A stretch of DNA of 59,231 nt, counting the filler. It is 4 parts of 4 records of this genome, joined end to end, with 100 filler letters (N's around TTAATTAATTAA, not from the genome) between each part and the next. Parts side by side here need not be neighbours in the genome. Positions count along the whole stretch, not along the records: positions 7,425 to 35,113 come from SRR2962707_5441; positions 35,214 to 44,380 come from SRR2962707_5443; 2 more parts are not named here. One strand, 5' to 3'. The notes under the pieces were generated by a model that had not been told where the DNA came from, searched no databases, and saw only the letters and a program-made list of their open reading frames with translations. The translations under genes were made by a program, and so were the position numbers. Each line of letters starts with the position of its first letter. Within the stretch, counting starts at the first letter, position 1. Below are positions 28,141 through 38,144 of the stretch, piece by piece.

Positions 28141-29381
28141 CTGTCTGCCCGTGCCACGACTGCATGTAGCAAAATGTTCAGTCCGGCGACGAAATCAGCG
28201 GGCTCGCAGCTTTCGTGGTTGTTATGCGTAATGCCGTCCTTGCAGGGCGTAAAAATCATCGCCGTAGGGCAGTGCGTGGCGAGAAAATACGCGTCATGTC
28301 CTGCCTGGCTCTGAATATCGCGCCAGTTAAAGTCCATGCGCACTGCCTGCGCGCGCAAACCGTCGATCAGCTCGTGGTCAAAGATATCGCCGCCCCATTC
28401 CCATTCATCTTCAATGACAGCCTCACAACCGCAACGCGCAGCGGATTCGAACAGCGCCCGACGCATTTTTTCGGTCATTGCACGGGTCGTGATGGGATCA
28501 GGATGGCGCACATCGCAGACAGCTTCGGCAGTGTCTGACAGAATTCCCGGCTTGTTCGGCCAAGCGGTCAGACGCGCCGCTGTCGCCTTGCCGTCATGCA
28601 CGGCAAAATCCCAACCGATATCGTCTACAGCCGTTAACCAGCGCGCGCCTGCCGCCAGCGCATTGCGCCGCAGGTCCATCGGCGTCGGGCCGGTATGTGC
28701 TGTCTGTCCTTTAAACGACGCGCGCATCCCGCGCACAGGATACCCACCAGTGACGATCCCGACTTCACGGTTTTCGGCATCAAGAATTGGACCTTGTTCA
28801 ATATGCAGTTCGAAATACGCGTCGATGTCTCCGGCCTTGCAAGGACGGCCCCCCTTGTAGCCAATCCGATCAAGCTCGTCCCCAAAGCGCGCGCCATCGT
28901 CGCTGATCAGGTCATGCACCCAGTCGATGTCGTACTTGCCGACAAAACAGCCAGATGCCACCATGGGCGGCGAGAACCGCGCGCCTTCCTCGTTGGTCCA
29001 ATCAACAACCACGATAGGGCGTCGTGTGGTGTGGCCCAAGTCGTTCAGGCACCGGACAACTTCCAGTCCAGCCAAAACACCCGCAATCCCGTCAAAGCGC
29101 CCACCATTGATCTGGGTGTCCAAGTGGCTACCGATCAAAATCGGTGGCAAGCTGTTGTCTGTACCGTCACGACGCCCAAATATGTTGCCCGCCGCATCTA
29201 CTTCGATGGTTAACCCCGCCTCTACGCACCACTCGCGAAACAGGTCACGCATCTTGCGATCATCATCACCCAGCGTCAGGCGCGAAAGGCCACCGGGGCG
29301 GCCTTTTCCGACCTCGGCAGAGGCTTCAATCGTTGACCAAAAGCGGTCAAGGTCAACACGGGCGTCAAGTGTCATCGGCAT
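28137..29381 (-). CDS. Zn-dependent M20 amidohydrolase (N-carbamoyl-L-amino acid hydrolase/allantoate amidohydrolase family)
   Basis: GSHLDTQ, GGRFDG, NEEGARF, ELHIEQGP, AGHDA, GITHN. Confidence 0.92.
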   Translation of the reverse strand: MPMTLDARVDLDRFWSTIEASAEVGKGRPGGLSRLTLGDDDRKMRDLFREWCVEAGLTIEVDAAGNIFGRRDGTDNSLPPILIGSHLDTQINGGRFDGIAGVLAGLEVVRCLNDLGHTTRRPIVVVDWTNEEGARFSPPMVASGCFVGKYDIDWVHDLISDDGARFGDELDRIGYKGGRPCKAGDIDAYFELHIEQGPILDAENREVGIVTGGYPVRGMRASFKGQTAHTGPTPMDLRRNALAAGARWLTAVDDIGWDFAVHDGKATAARLTAWPNKPGILSDTAEAVCDVRHPDPITTRAMTEKMRRALFESAARCGCEAVIEDEWEWGGDIFDHELIDGLRAQAVRMDFNWRDIQSQAGHDAYFLATHCPTAMIFTPCKDGITHNNHESCEPADFVAGLNILLHAVVARADR

Positions 29382-29411
29382 TTTTTGCGTCTTTCTGTCT
29401 TGGAAAACGGG

Positions 29412-30695
29412 TCAGAAAAGGACCCCAGGAAGTTCGGTAATCAAAGCGGGGAACAGCACCAGCAAAAGCAGCACACCCACCATCACACCAAGGAACGGCA
29501 GCAGGTACTGGAACGCGGCACTGAGAGGTATTTGTCCGACCCGACAGGCCGCCATCAGATCGATACCAAGCGGCGGTGTGTTTGCACCGATCGCCAGATT
29601 GATTGTCAGAAGGATGCCAAAATAGACCGGATCGATGCCATAGTGTTGCAGGATCGGCAGGAACACCGGTGCAAGGATCAGGATGATCGCGATGGATTCC
29701 ATAAATGTGCCGAGAATAAGCAGGACCAGCATCATCATCAGCAAGGCGACTGTCGCGCTTTGCGTGGTCTCGGTGATGCCTGCCACGGCCATCTGCGGCA
29801 CCTGTTCTGCGGCCAAGATCCAGCCAAAGACCGAAGCCGACGCGATGACCAGCAGAATGACCCCCGTCATTTCGGTAGTTTCGCGCAGCAACCGCATCAA
29901 AAGCGATAGGCTAAGGGCGCGGTAGACGAAAATGCCGATGAACAGGGCATATGCTACGCCGATACCTGCTGCTTCGGTCGGGGTGAACACGCCCAACCGG
30001 ATGCCGCCAACGATGATCAACGGTGCCAGCATCGCAAGGACTGAACCCTTGGCCGCGCGGCCGAGTTCGCCCCAAGAAAACGGTTCACCGCCCTGCCATC
30101 CATTCTTGCGAGAAATCCACCAAGCGACGATCAAAAGACCGAGGCCCAATAATACACCGGGGACAATCGCAGCAACGAAAAGCTGCCCGATAGAACTATT
30201 TGTGGCAGTTCCATAGACGATCAGCACGATCGAAGGCGGGATTACCGTTCCAAGCGATCCAGCGCACCCAAGGGCAGAAGCGCTGAAGCCCGGCGCATAG
30301 CCTTGTTCGCGCATCGCGGGCAACATCATCGTCCCGATAGCGACCACGTCCGCAACCCCGGAGCCCGAAAGAGACCCAAAAAGCATGCAGGCGATGATCA
30401 TCACCATTGCAAGGCCGCCAGTACGCCGCCCGATCAAGGCCGCACATAAGGTGATGATACGTGGCGCGAGCCCGCCGTGGACCATCAAAAGGCCCGCCAG
30501 CAGAAACAGCGGTATGGCCAGCAAAGTGAAACTGTTGATTCCGGCTACGGCGCGTTGCGCAACCACGATCATCGGGGCGGTATCTGCAATCAGCAGGTAG
30601 AACATCGATGACAGCCCAAGCGACACGGCAATAGGCGCGTCAATCAGGACCAGAATAACAAAAACGACCAACAACAACCCAAGCGCAATACTCAT
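29412..30695 (-). CDS. dctM: TRAP transporter large permease
   Basis: LLAIPLF, SGSGVAD, IPPS, FTPTEAA, TPPLG. Confidence 0.92.
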   Translation of the reverse strand: MSIALGLLLVVFVILVLIDAPIAVSLGLSSMFYLLIADTAPMIVVAQRAVAGINSFTLLAIPLFLLAGLLMVHGGLAPRIITLCAALIGRRTGGLAMVMIIACMLFGSLSGSGVADVVAIGTMMLPAMREQGYAPGFSASALGCAGSLGTVIPPSIVLIVYGTATNSSIGQLFVAAIVPGVLLGLGLLIVAWWISRKNGWQGGEPFSWGELGRAAKGSVLAMLAPLIIVGGIRLGVFTPTEAAGIGVAYALFIGIFVYRALSLSLLMRLLRETTEMTGVILLVIASASVFGWILAAEQVPQMAVAGITETTQSATVALLMMMLVLLILGTFMESIAIILILAPVFLPILQHYGIDPVYFGILLTINLAIGANTPPLGIDLMAACRVGQIPLSAAFQYLLPFLGVMVGVLLLLVLFPALITELPGVLF

Positions 30696-31165
30696 GACCG
30701 GCCCGCCTTTAGGATAAGTCCGAGCAGCGCAAACCCGCAGCTGACTGGCAATGCCAGATAGAAAAGCCCGACAGGTAACGACAGCGCCGTGGTGGTATGA
30801 GACCAAGTGATCTCAACCAATCGCGCGCCGGTGTATAAAAACACCCCAAAAAACGTTGCTGTGGCGAGGCCGGCCAAAACAGCAAAGAGCCTGCGCAAGC
30901 CGGTTGATAGCGAAATCAAATCCAAAAGTCCGGCGCGGAAATGACTGCCGCGCACAAAGCCTGATATCGCACCGACAAATGTCAGCCAGACCAGCAGCAG
31001 GCGCGGCAGCTCTTCGGCCCAACGTGGCGTTGATGAAAACAGATACCGCGAGACCACAACGTAAACGACCATCACCGCAAACAGTGCAACAAGTACCGCG
31101 CCGATCCAACGGGCCGCGCGGTCAATATAATTGGCCGCTTCAAGCGACTTAACAGATATGCTCAT
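30692..31165 (-). CDS. dctQ: TRAP transporter small permease
   Basis: VVSRY, WAEELPR, 4 TM helices. Confidence 0.9.
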   Translation of the reverse strand: MSISVKSLEAANYIDRAARWIGAVLVALFAVMVVYVVVSRYLFSSTPRWAEELPRLLLVWLTFVGAISGFVRGSHFRAGLLDLISLSTGLRRLFAVLAGLATATFFGVFLYTGARLVEITWSHTTTALSLPVGLFYLALPVSCGFALLGLILKAGRS

Positions 31166-31539
31166 GTTTTCAAAAACCCTTCTGGGCCGCGACACAGCAT
31201 GCATTCATCGCAATAGGCAGCGACAACGACCCATTCGTCAGAGATCACTTCGACCGTGTGATCCAAACCGGGCGGCAAGCGCACCGCCGTGCCTTCGGTC
31301 ATCCGGTATTCTTCGCCGCCTGCACGCAGAATTGCTTCACCTTTAAGGGTGAGAGTAACTTCGTCGCGGGGGTGGCAATGCGCGGTTGATTTTGCGCCCT
31401 TTTTACCCGTGGTGACAGTCAGCTTGATAAAGCCCTCGCCGCGGGCCGCTGGGGAAAACAGCACTTTCTGGCTGAAATCGTAAAGCTGCACCGGATTCAC
31501 CGATGCAACTTCTGTTATTTCGGGACGCAACGTGGTCAT
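31162..31539 (-). CDS. Cupin domain protein
   Basis: HCHPRDE and LPPGLDH metal-binding motifs; C-terminal CDECMLC; stop/start overlaps with both neighbours. Confidence 0.85.
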   Translation of the reverse strand: MTTLRPEITEVASVNPVQLYDFSQKVLFSPAARGEGFIKLTVTTGKKGAKSTAHCHPRDEVTLTLKGEAILRAGGEEYRMTEGTAVRLPPGLDHTVEVISDEWVVVAAYCDECMLCRGPEGFLKT

Positions 31540-32525
31540 TTTCTGTAAGTATTCAGAATGACCAGCAGGTCTTCGCCGTATACGTCTTTCTGGCTTTCCC
31601 AGATCGGCGCGACCGCTTCGATAAAGGCCGCCTTGTCCACGTTATTGAACTGCATGCCCTTCTCTTCAAGCTTGGCCACCAATTCGGCATTGGCCGCTGC
31701 GACCATTTCGCGTTGTTTTGTGCCCCATGTTGTTGCCGCTTCGCTGACGATGACCTGATCTTCCGCTGAAATCTTGTCCCAGACGGATTTGGACATGGTC
31801 AGCGTCGCGGCACCCCAGATGTGCTCGGTCAGCGAGACGTATTTTTGCACCTCAAAGAATGACGATGAATAGATGATCGCCAGTGGGTTTTCCTGTGCAT
31901 CGAAAACGCCCTGCTGTAGCGCTGAATACAGCTCGCCGAACGACAAAGGTGCTGGCTGTGCACCCAACAATTCGAATGTGGCCAAACGCACTTTGTCCGG
32001 TGTGACGCGGATCTTGAGACCGGCCAGATCAGCGGGCTTTTCAATCGGGCGTACATTGTTGGTTATGTTGCGAAACCCGTTTTCCCACCAACCGAGAACC
32101 TTGATACCCTTGGCATCCAGCATGCCCTCAAGGGCTGCGCCAAGATCACCGTCAAGGGCTGCGAACGCCTGATCCCGAGCACCCCATGCATAGGGCATTT
32201 CGATGATCCCCATGCGAGGCTCAACCGCCTGAAAGGAACCTGAACCGATCAACCCAGCCTGGACGGACCCAAACTGGAGACCCTCGATTACTTCTTTCTC
32301 GCTTCCCAATTGGCCGGAAGCAAAGACTTCGACCGATACGCGACCATCGGTGCGCGCGGTGACTTCTTCCGCAAAGCCGGTGGCCGCCTGATGCCAGCTA
32401 TGGCTTTCGGGCAGCACGTGGCCAAGGCGGATTGTTACGTCTGCAGCCAGTGCCATGGCCGGCGAAAGTGTTGCAAGGCAAGCGGCCAATAGGCCCCCTT
32501 TGATTAGGCTTCGTTGGTGTTTCAT
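31536..32525 (-). CDS. dctP: TRAP substrate-binding protein
   Basis: Signal peptide, SGQLG, ENGFRN, GLKIRV, ELYSALQQGVFDAQENP. Confidence 0.93.
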   Translation of the reverse strand: MKHQRSLIKGGLLAACLATLSPAMALAADVTIRLGHVLPESHSWHQAATGFAEEVTARTDGRVSVEVFASGQLGSEKEVIEGLQFGSVQAGLIGSGSFQAVEPRMGIIEMPYAWGARDQAFAALDGDLGAALEGMLDAKGIKVLGWWENGFRNITNNVRPIEKPADLAGLKIRVTPDKVRLATFELLGAQPAPLSFGELYSALQQGVFDAQENPLAIIYSSSFFEVQKYVSLTEHIWGAATLTMSKSVWDKISAEDQVIVSEAATTWGTKQREMVAAANAELVAKLEEKGMQFNNVDKAAFIEAVAPIWESQKDVYGEDLLVILNTYRK

Positions 32526-32588
32526 TATTTATTCTCCTGTTGGCCGTATTGTTTCCGGAATGAGATACTGTTCTTCGTTTCCGCGCAA

Positions 32589-32625
32589 ATAGGCCGGAGC
32601 TATGGTAGATAAAGTTTTTATGAAT
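32589..32625. promoter_or_regulatory. Tandem LysR boxes upstream of dctP
   Basis: Perfect ATAG-N7-CTAT (32589) and degenerate AAAG-N7-GAAT (32611), 22 bp apart; same layout as 26180-26216. Confidence 0.65.
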
Positions 32626-32819
32626 GCTCGCCGATAAGCTTGAGCAACAAACGTCCGAGCAGTGTGCGCAAAGCGTCACCGCGAGGGTGGCATATGAGCA
32701 ATTGGGGGAATGCAGCATCAGCCCCAACTTGCCATTGTAAGCTGAAAGACTCAGGGGATACGTGCCTGATTACAATCGTTTATATCTGACGGCCTCGTAA
32801 CGGGTCTGCCCGTACTGCC

Positions 32820-33959
32820 CTAGCCGTTCGACCAAAGTGTCTGGCTCTGCGCACGGCTGAACCCGTGCTGATAGAGAGCGTTCATGTAAGTTGACGAAAA
32901 CCGGTCCGAGGGGTCATAGATGATGCCTGACGTTGGACTGATTGATGCGACCGAAAACTCCAGCCCTTGTGCTCGGGCGAAGAATTGCGTTGCGTTCACC
33001 TGCAGCAGCGCACTTGCCCGCCCCGTTGTCGTAAGCGCCTGTTGCGAAATACCGAGCGCTGACCGCGATACCGATGCAGGCGCAGGACGGAGCGTGTTGT
33101 TGATCAACACATAAATGTGCCCGCCCTCCAGCTTCTGATCAGGGGTCGTAAAAGCAAAGTTCGGGACCGCCAGAAACTGCATATGAATGCCGCCATCGAT
33201 ATGGGTTTCCGTATAGCTTTTGCCATCAAAAACATACCTCAGGCTGACGGGCGGAAAGAGCCCCGGCAACGCAGCAGAAGCACGCATGATACTACGGAAC
33301 AGATCGTAGTGCCCCGCCTGCGCGATGGCCCCCATATTCCAGACCGAGGCCCGTGCGCTGTCCAGCTCCGAGGTCACGACAAGAAGGCTGTTTCCTGTCG
33401 CGTGCCGCGCGGCGACAGCCCGAAGGAAGCTGGGCGGTGTATTTTCGGCAATCATTGCCGCAAGGGGTGCCGTGTCATAAAGGGCGTCGCTGACGACCGC
33501 CTGAAAGGGCCGCAGTCGCATGATGTCGCTCGCATCGCTTTGAGTGAAAACGCGGGTCAGTGCCTCGTCATACTCCTGTCCCATAAAGGCAAACGGTGCC
33601 ATCAGGGCGCCAGTGGAGATGCCGGTGACCATGTCAAACTCGGGCCGGTCGCCGCGCTGCGACCACCCGACAAGCGCTCCTGCGCCAAATGCGCCGTCCT
33701 CGCCACCGCCAGAAAGCGCCAGTATATTGGGGCCGATCGATGACGGTGACGTTTGCGGTGAATGCAAATGTTTCCTCCACATGTCTGGTCCATCATCGGC
33801 AAACAGCCGAAACTCCGACAGCGGGTCATCCCCCGCCTCGATGGGCGGCAAAGCCGGTGCATGAACGCGGCTGGTGCAAGCCGAAAGACCGATCGCCCCG
33901 AGGCCCACCAAAACTGCGCGCCGCCTCATGTTCCCGCTGGCCGAATAAATTCGAGTCAT
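32820..33959 (-). CDS. Patatin-like phospholipase, probable Tat-exported lipoprotein
   Basis: LSGGGEDGAFG, GISTG nucleophile, IDGG; RRR...LSAC N-terminus. Confidence 0.88.
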   Translation of the reverse strand: MTRIYSASGNMRRRAVLVGLGAIGLSACTSRVHAPALPPIEAGDDPLSEFRLFADDGPDMWRKHLHSPQTSPSSIGPNILALSGGGEDGAFGAGALVGWSQRGDRPEFDMVTGISTGALMAPFAFMGQEYDEALTRVFTQSDASDIMRLRPFQAVVSDALYDTAPLAAMIAENTPPSFLRAVAARHATGNSLLVVTSELDSARASVWNMGAIAQAGHYDLFRSIMRASAALPGLFPPVSLRYVFDGKSYTETHIDGGIHMQFLAVPNFAFTTPDQKLEGGHIYVLINNTLRPAPASVSRSALGISQQALTTTGRASALLQVNATQFFARAQGLEFSVASISPTSGIIYDPSDRFSSTYMNALYQHGFSRAQSQTLWSNG

Positions 33960-34019
33960 TTCAATGTCCTGTGGAAGGTCCGCGCAAACAGCTTTGCCCG
34001 GCGCGTTCTTGTGCTGTTT

Positions 34020-35113
34020 TCAGCGGTTCGGCGCTTGCGGAAGGGCGGCACGCAAATTGTCTTCGGTGAGCCCCAGCTTTTCTGCTGCAACCGCCATATC
34101 TGGCGGGCCCGCTTGTGGATCGCCCAGGGCTTGCATCAGTGCATCCGGTGTCACACCAAGCACTTGTGCCGCTTCATCGAAATCGGGAGGCCGTTGCCCC
34201 GCCGCTTGGCCGTGGTGGTTCATTGCGTCCACCGGCACCGTCCCGTGTCGCGCCAACGCCAGCAGTTGCTGTGGTTGAGAAGTTATCCATAGCCTGCACA
34301 CCAACCAGACAAGCGGGAAGGTTCGGAGAGCCATCGGTTGCATGATAATGATAGGCCTCGCTCGTAGGTCTTGCCCCGATATGACCGTTGCACGCATCCA
34401 GGCCGGTCACAGCTGTGCCGTCCGCCTCAAGGCTGCCAATCATCGCAAACCCGTCGAAAGCATAGCCGAACTGGGCCGAGCTGTTTTGTTCCAATGCGCA
34501 ATCCGCCACAACGCCTTCTTTTTCAAATACGGTCTCGATGTCTGTCGATGTGGCATGCCAGTGATACCAGCCACCGGGGTCGATATGGCCGCCGCAAGTA
34601 TCAAGCGCTGGCATATGTCTGGTCTGCTGGACACTGGGCGCGTCGGAAAAGATCGGGACACCGTCAAGCGCCACACCCACCTTTGACACAGTGCCCAACC
34701 GGGTCGGGCTGGCCGCTAACACCGGCCTGACGGGCAGCAACATGGTGATCTCGACGTTTTCATCACGCGAGACGTTGATGCAGGCATGGTCGACCTTCGG
34801 TTGCTCTGTCGCGGCATCAACAATATGAACTTTCCCGTCGTCATCAAAGAAGCGGTAACCCAGATCATCAAGCATCCTGAGAAACGCACCATCGACACGG
34901 TAGAGCTTGGCGTTCTCTCCGGTCCATTCCCAGATGCGCCCTGCATCATTCAGGCTCTCAGGGCAAAATGGCCCGATCTCCAAGCCCTCCGGCAGGTAGT
35001 TGACCGTGATTTTGTAGCAGCTCGATGCTGTGCCGTCTTCCAATGTGCAATCAACTGTTACGGGTTGCTCGGCAAAGGCCGTGTCGGAGAATTCTTCGAT
35101 GTCGGGATGGACC
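34020..35113 (-). pseudogene. YHYH-domain protein, 5' cut by the contig end, apparent +1 frameshift near 34197-34200
   Basis: GVALDGVPI, DTCGGH, YHWH, GYAFDGF, DACNGH, YHYH; the C-terminal repeat tail (PPDFDEAAQVLGVT...) lies in another frame. Confidence 0.7.
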
Positions 35114-35213
35114 NNNNNNNNNNNNNNNNNNNNNNNNNNNNNNNNNNNNNNNNNNNNTTAATTAATTAANNNNNNNNNNNNNNNNNNNNNNNNNNNNNNN
35201 NNNNNNNNNNNNN
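35114..35213. other. Artificial contig linker
   Basis: N-run / TTAATTAATTAA / N-run. Confidence 0.99.
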
Positions 35214-35249
35214 TGATTCCGCTGCTCTAACCAACTGAGCTACACCGCC
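35214..35249 (-). tRNA. 5' half of tRNA, probably elongator Met (CAT), cut by the contig end
   Basis: Minus strand GGCGGTGTAGCTCAGTTGGTTAGAGCAGCGGAATCA: acceptor strand, D-arm, anticodon beginning CA. Confidence 0.8.
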
Positions 35250-35349
35250 AGACCGTGCGGCTGAGTATTTCAGGGGCAGGTTTTCGTCAACCCAAAAATG
35301 ACAAGACAGGGGTAGAAAAATTGCGCTTTTTTCGAGATCGGCTGCACCG

Positions 35350-36657
35350 CTAATTCACAATCGTCTCGTCGACGACAAACATATTGGCCCAGGCTCGGTC
35401 AATCAGCTCTGGTGTCATTTGGTATGGGACGCCTTCAAAGTCACAGATTGCGATCATTTGGTCGATCAAGAAGACGGGCTGATAGTTGGCAAAAACATTG
35501 TTGATGGTTGAGTATTTGTTCTTAAGAAGATGAACCAAAGAGGCCTCATCCAGCTTAATTTTCTTCTTTCTGGCAACTAAAGCCATGATTTTGAGAAAGT
35601 TTTCCTGATCCGGGCCATCAACTTTGATCTTGAAGAAAATCCGACGCAGGGCGGCTTGATCAAAGATTTCATTCGGATGAAAGTTGGTAGAGAAAATAAC
35701 TAGCGTGTCAAAGGGCACTTCAAATTTCTCGCCCGACTGCAACGCAAGAATGTCCCGATCTTCTTCCAGCGGTACGATCCAACGGTTTACCAAAGCCTGT
35801 GGAGATTCAGTCTGCCGTCCGAGATCATCGACAATAAAAATGCCGCCCGACGCTTTTAGCTGCAACGGGGCCTGATAGGTGCGGGCGGTGGAATCATAGA
35901 CAAGATCAAGCATGGAAAGCGACAGCTCGCCGCCTGTGATCACTGTGGGACGGGCACATAACACGTAACGTTGGTCAAACCGGCGCTTGCGGCGCAGCTG
36001 GATGGTGTCTTCCTCTTGGGTTTCGACGGCGCTGTGCACGATAGGGTCATAAAGGGTGATCACCTGGCCAGAATATTCGATGGCTTGTGGGACAAAGATA
36101 TTGTCGCCCATGGCATCCCGAATACCGTTGGAAATAGACGATTTACCATTACCGGGTGGGCCATACATCAGAATAGACCGGCCGGCGCTGACCGCAGGGC
36201 CCAAAGTGTCAAGCAACGTATCCGGCAGGATCAGATGGCGCATGGCTCTAACTAGTTGAGACCGTGTGATTGCGACATTCTTGATGGACTGACGAGCGAC
36301 CTGTTTACGATAGGCATGCAAGGGGACCGGCATCGCCCCAAAATATTCGGACTGCGCCAGAGCGTCGAGCGCACGGGAGCGACCTGCGTCGGTCAGTTGG
36401 TAGCCCATTTCGCTCACACCTTCGGTTGTGCGCGTCCCAGTGGCTTCCATCAGGGCCTGCTGGCGGGCAATATCGATCAGGTCTTGGGTTAATGGGATGG
36501 GAAGGCAAAGCGCATTGGCCAATTTGCCGAGATTTGTCAGGTTCTTGCGAAAGACCGTCTTGATCAAGATGTCCCGCATCATAACGACAGGCAATTGCAC
36601 GTCATCCAGAGACCGTGGCTGTGGTGGCGCCAAAACATCGGAGATTTGAAGATTCAT
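35350..36657 (-). CDS. Tad-locus-associated AAA+ ATPase
   Basis: YGPPGNGKS, IVDDLGRQ, FSTN, ALRRIFFK. Confidence 0.85.
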   Translation of the reverse strand: MNLQISDVLAPPQPRSLDDVQLPVVMMRDILIKTVFRKNLTNLGKLANALCLPIPLTQDLIDIARQQALMEATGTRTTEGVSEMGYQLTDAGRSRALDALAQSEYFGAMPVPLHAYRKQVARQSIKNVAITRSQLVRAMRHLILPDTLLDTLGPAVSAGRSILMYGPPGNGKSSISNGIRDAMGDNIFVPQAIEYSGQVITLYDPIVHSAVETQEEDTIQLRRKRRFDQRYVLCARPTVITGGELSLSMLDLVYDSTARTYQAPLQLKASGGIFIVDDLGRQTESPQALVNRWIVPLEEDRDILALQSGEKFEVPFDTLVIFSTNFHPNEIFDQAALRRIFFKIKVDGPDQENFLKIMALVARKKKIKLDEASLVHLLKNKYSTINNVFANYQPVFLIDQMIAICDFEGVPYQMTPELIDRAWANMFVVDETIVN

Positions 36658-36757
36658 ACCCAAGACCTGTCACATAAAGATGGCGGCACTAGACAAAATC
36701 TTTGTGGCGAGAGCTTGGCTTTGCTCTGTCTTGTGAAGGTTTTTTGCAGGAAATTCG

Positions 36758-37252
36758 CTACTTTCCGAAGAATACACCCATAGCAATATATAGGATTACC
36801 GTTGTTCCAAGCGGTAGGCCCATCGGAAATTTTGCCCCTGCGTCCCAGCTTTTCCATTCAGGCGCAAGCCGTCGAAGCGGGGTGATCTTGGCAATACGGT
36901 GGGCGGCAAATGAGGCCAAAAGGTTCACGGCAAATAGCGCCAATAAAAAGAGCAAATCGCCAATCGCCATAAACGGGGCGGCAACAGCGAGGAACTTTGC
37001 ATCACCGGCCCCCATGGCCCCCAACGCGTTCAGGGCGATACCAATCACCAAAACGACAAGTAAATGGACATAGCGCCACGCATAAACATCAAACGGCATG
37101 GCAATCAGCCCGACCAGACAGAAGACCGCAAACATCGCGATGACAGTGGCATTCGGGATCCGCATGCTACGCAAATCAGAGAGGGCCACAAAGAAGCAAA
37201 TTGGAAGAACGAAGGGCAAAAACCACAGGGCTTCTGACAGGGTCAGGGTCAT
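36758..37252 (-). CDS. cpaA: A24 prepilin peptidase (CpaA/TadV)
   Basis: SDLRSMRIPN, MGAGDAK, FPMG. Confidence 0.88.
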   Translation of the reverse strand: MTLTLSEALWFLPFVLPICFFVALSDLRSMRIPNATVIAMFAVFCLVGLIAMPFDVYAWRYVHLLVVLVIGIALNALGAMGAGDAKFLAVAAPFMAIGDLLFLLALFAVNLLASFAAHRIAKITPLRRLAPEWKSWDAGAKFPMGLPLGTTVILYIAMGVFFGK

Positions 37253-37256
37253 CGCT

Positions 37257-38114
37257 TTAGTTCGTCACGTTATTTTCAAGCGCAGTGAGGCTCCGGGCCG
37301 CGGCTTCAAAATGTTGTGGGTGGGTATCGATGGCTTCGCGGAACAGGCCCTTGCCAATTTCCACGTCCCCTCGTTTGACCGCCGACAGGCCAAGCGTGTG
37401 CAGCAATTGTGCGCGCTCTGTCTGAGACATTGGCATGACTGGCAAGGTATAATGGCCCTGAGCACCACGCGCCAAAATCAGATTATTCTTGGCCGTGAAC
37501 AAGTTATTGTCCTGACGGATCGCCTGGGTGAACAATTGTTCCGCGCCGTTGAAATCACCGCGGCTTAGTTTTGAATAGCCCCAGTTGTTCAGCGTAGATG
37601 CCGGTTTCGTCGTAAGCCCAATGGCTGTTTCGTAAAAGCTGTCTGCTTTTTTCCAGTCCTTTTGCCCATCGGCAAGAATGGCTTCTAAACGGTATCGTTT
37701 AAACGTTTCATGTGTCGGGGGAACAGTATTCAGAACGGTTCTTGCCCGATCCCATTGATCCGCGCGGATCAACGCGTCTGCCAGTTGGACTTTGTCCTGA
37801 TGTATGCTGTCTTTATGATCGGTGACCTTGGTCCAGGCAGAAACAGCTTCGACAGGGCGCTGAGCGCGAATGAGAGACACGGCCATTCCGCGCAACAGGT
37901 CAATCCGGCCAGGGGCCGAGGCGTTGGCGCGCTGGAAGTACCGGACAGCTTCGTTCGGGTCTGCGACGGTCAGCATGACTTCGTTCAAATTGGTCTCGTC
38001 GATGACGTTAACGTCCTGGATTTTCCGGTCGACATCGTTGCCTTTGAGAGCGCCACATCCAGACGTCGCCAATAGTGTGGCGGCGCAAAGTGACAAAAGT
38101 ATTGGTTGGCGCAT
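37257..38114 (-). CDS. TPR lipoprotein, TadD-like
   Basis: Lipoprotein-type signal (TSGC), TPR repeats, LNNWGYS, AKNNL. Confidence 0.8.
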   Translation of the reverse strand: MRQPILLSLCAATLLATSGCGALKGNDVDRKIQDVNVIDETNLNEVMLTVADPNEAVRYFQRANASAPGRIDLLRGMAVSLIRAQRPVEAVSAWTKVTDHKDSIHQDKVQLADALIRADQWDRARTVLNTVPPTHETFKRYRLEAILADGQKDWKKADSFYETAIGLTTKPASTLNNWGYSKLSRGDFNGAEQLFTQAIRQDNNLFTAKNNLILARGAQGHYTLPVMPMSQTERAQLLHTLGLSAVKRGDVEIGKGLFREAIDTHPQHFEAAARSLTALENNVTN

Positions 38115-38144
38115 GTTTTTGCGTCCTTGTCCTGCTCGGTCCTG

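Noticed and set aside
7297-35249. The two Met-type tRNA fragments as halves of one tRNA split by an island
   Set aside because: The acceptor strands do not pair (5' GGCGGTG versus 3' CCCCGCA); they are different tRNAs on different contigs.
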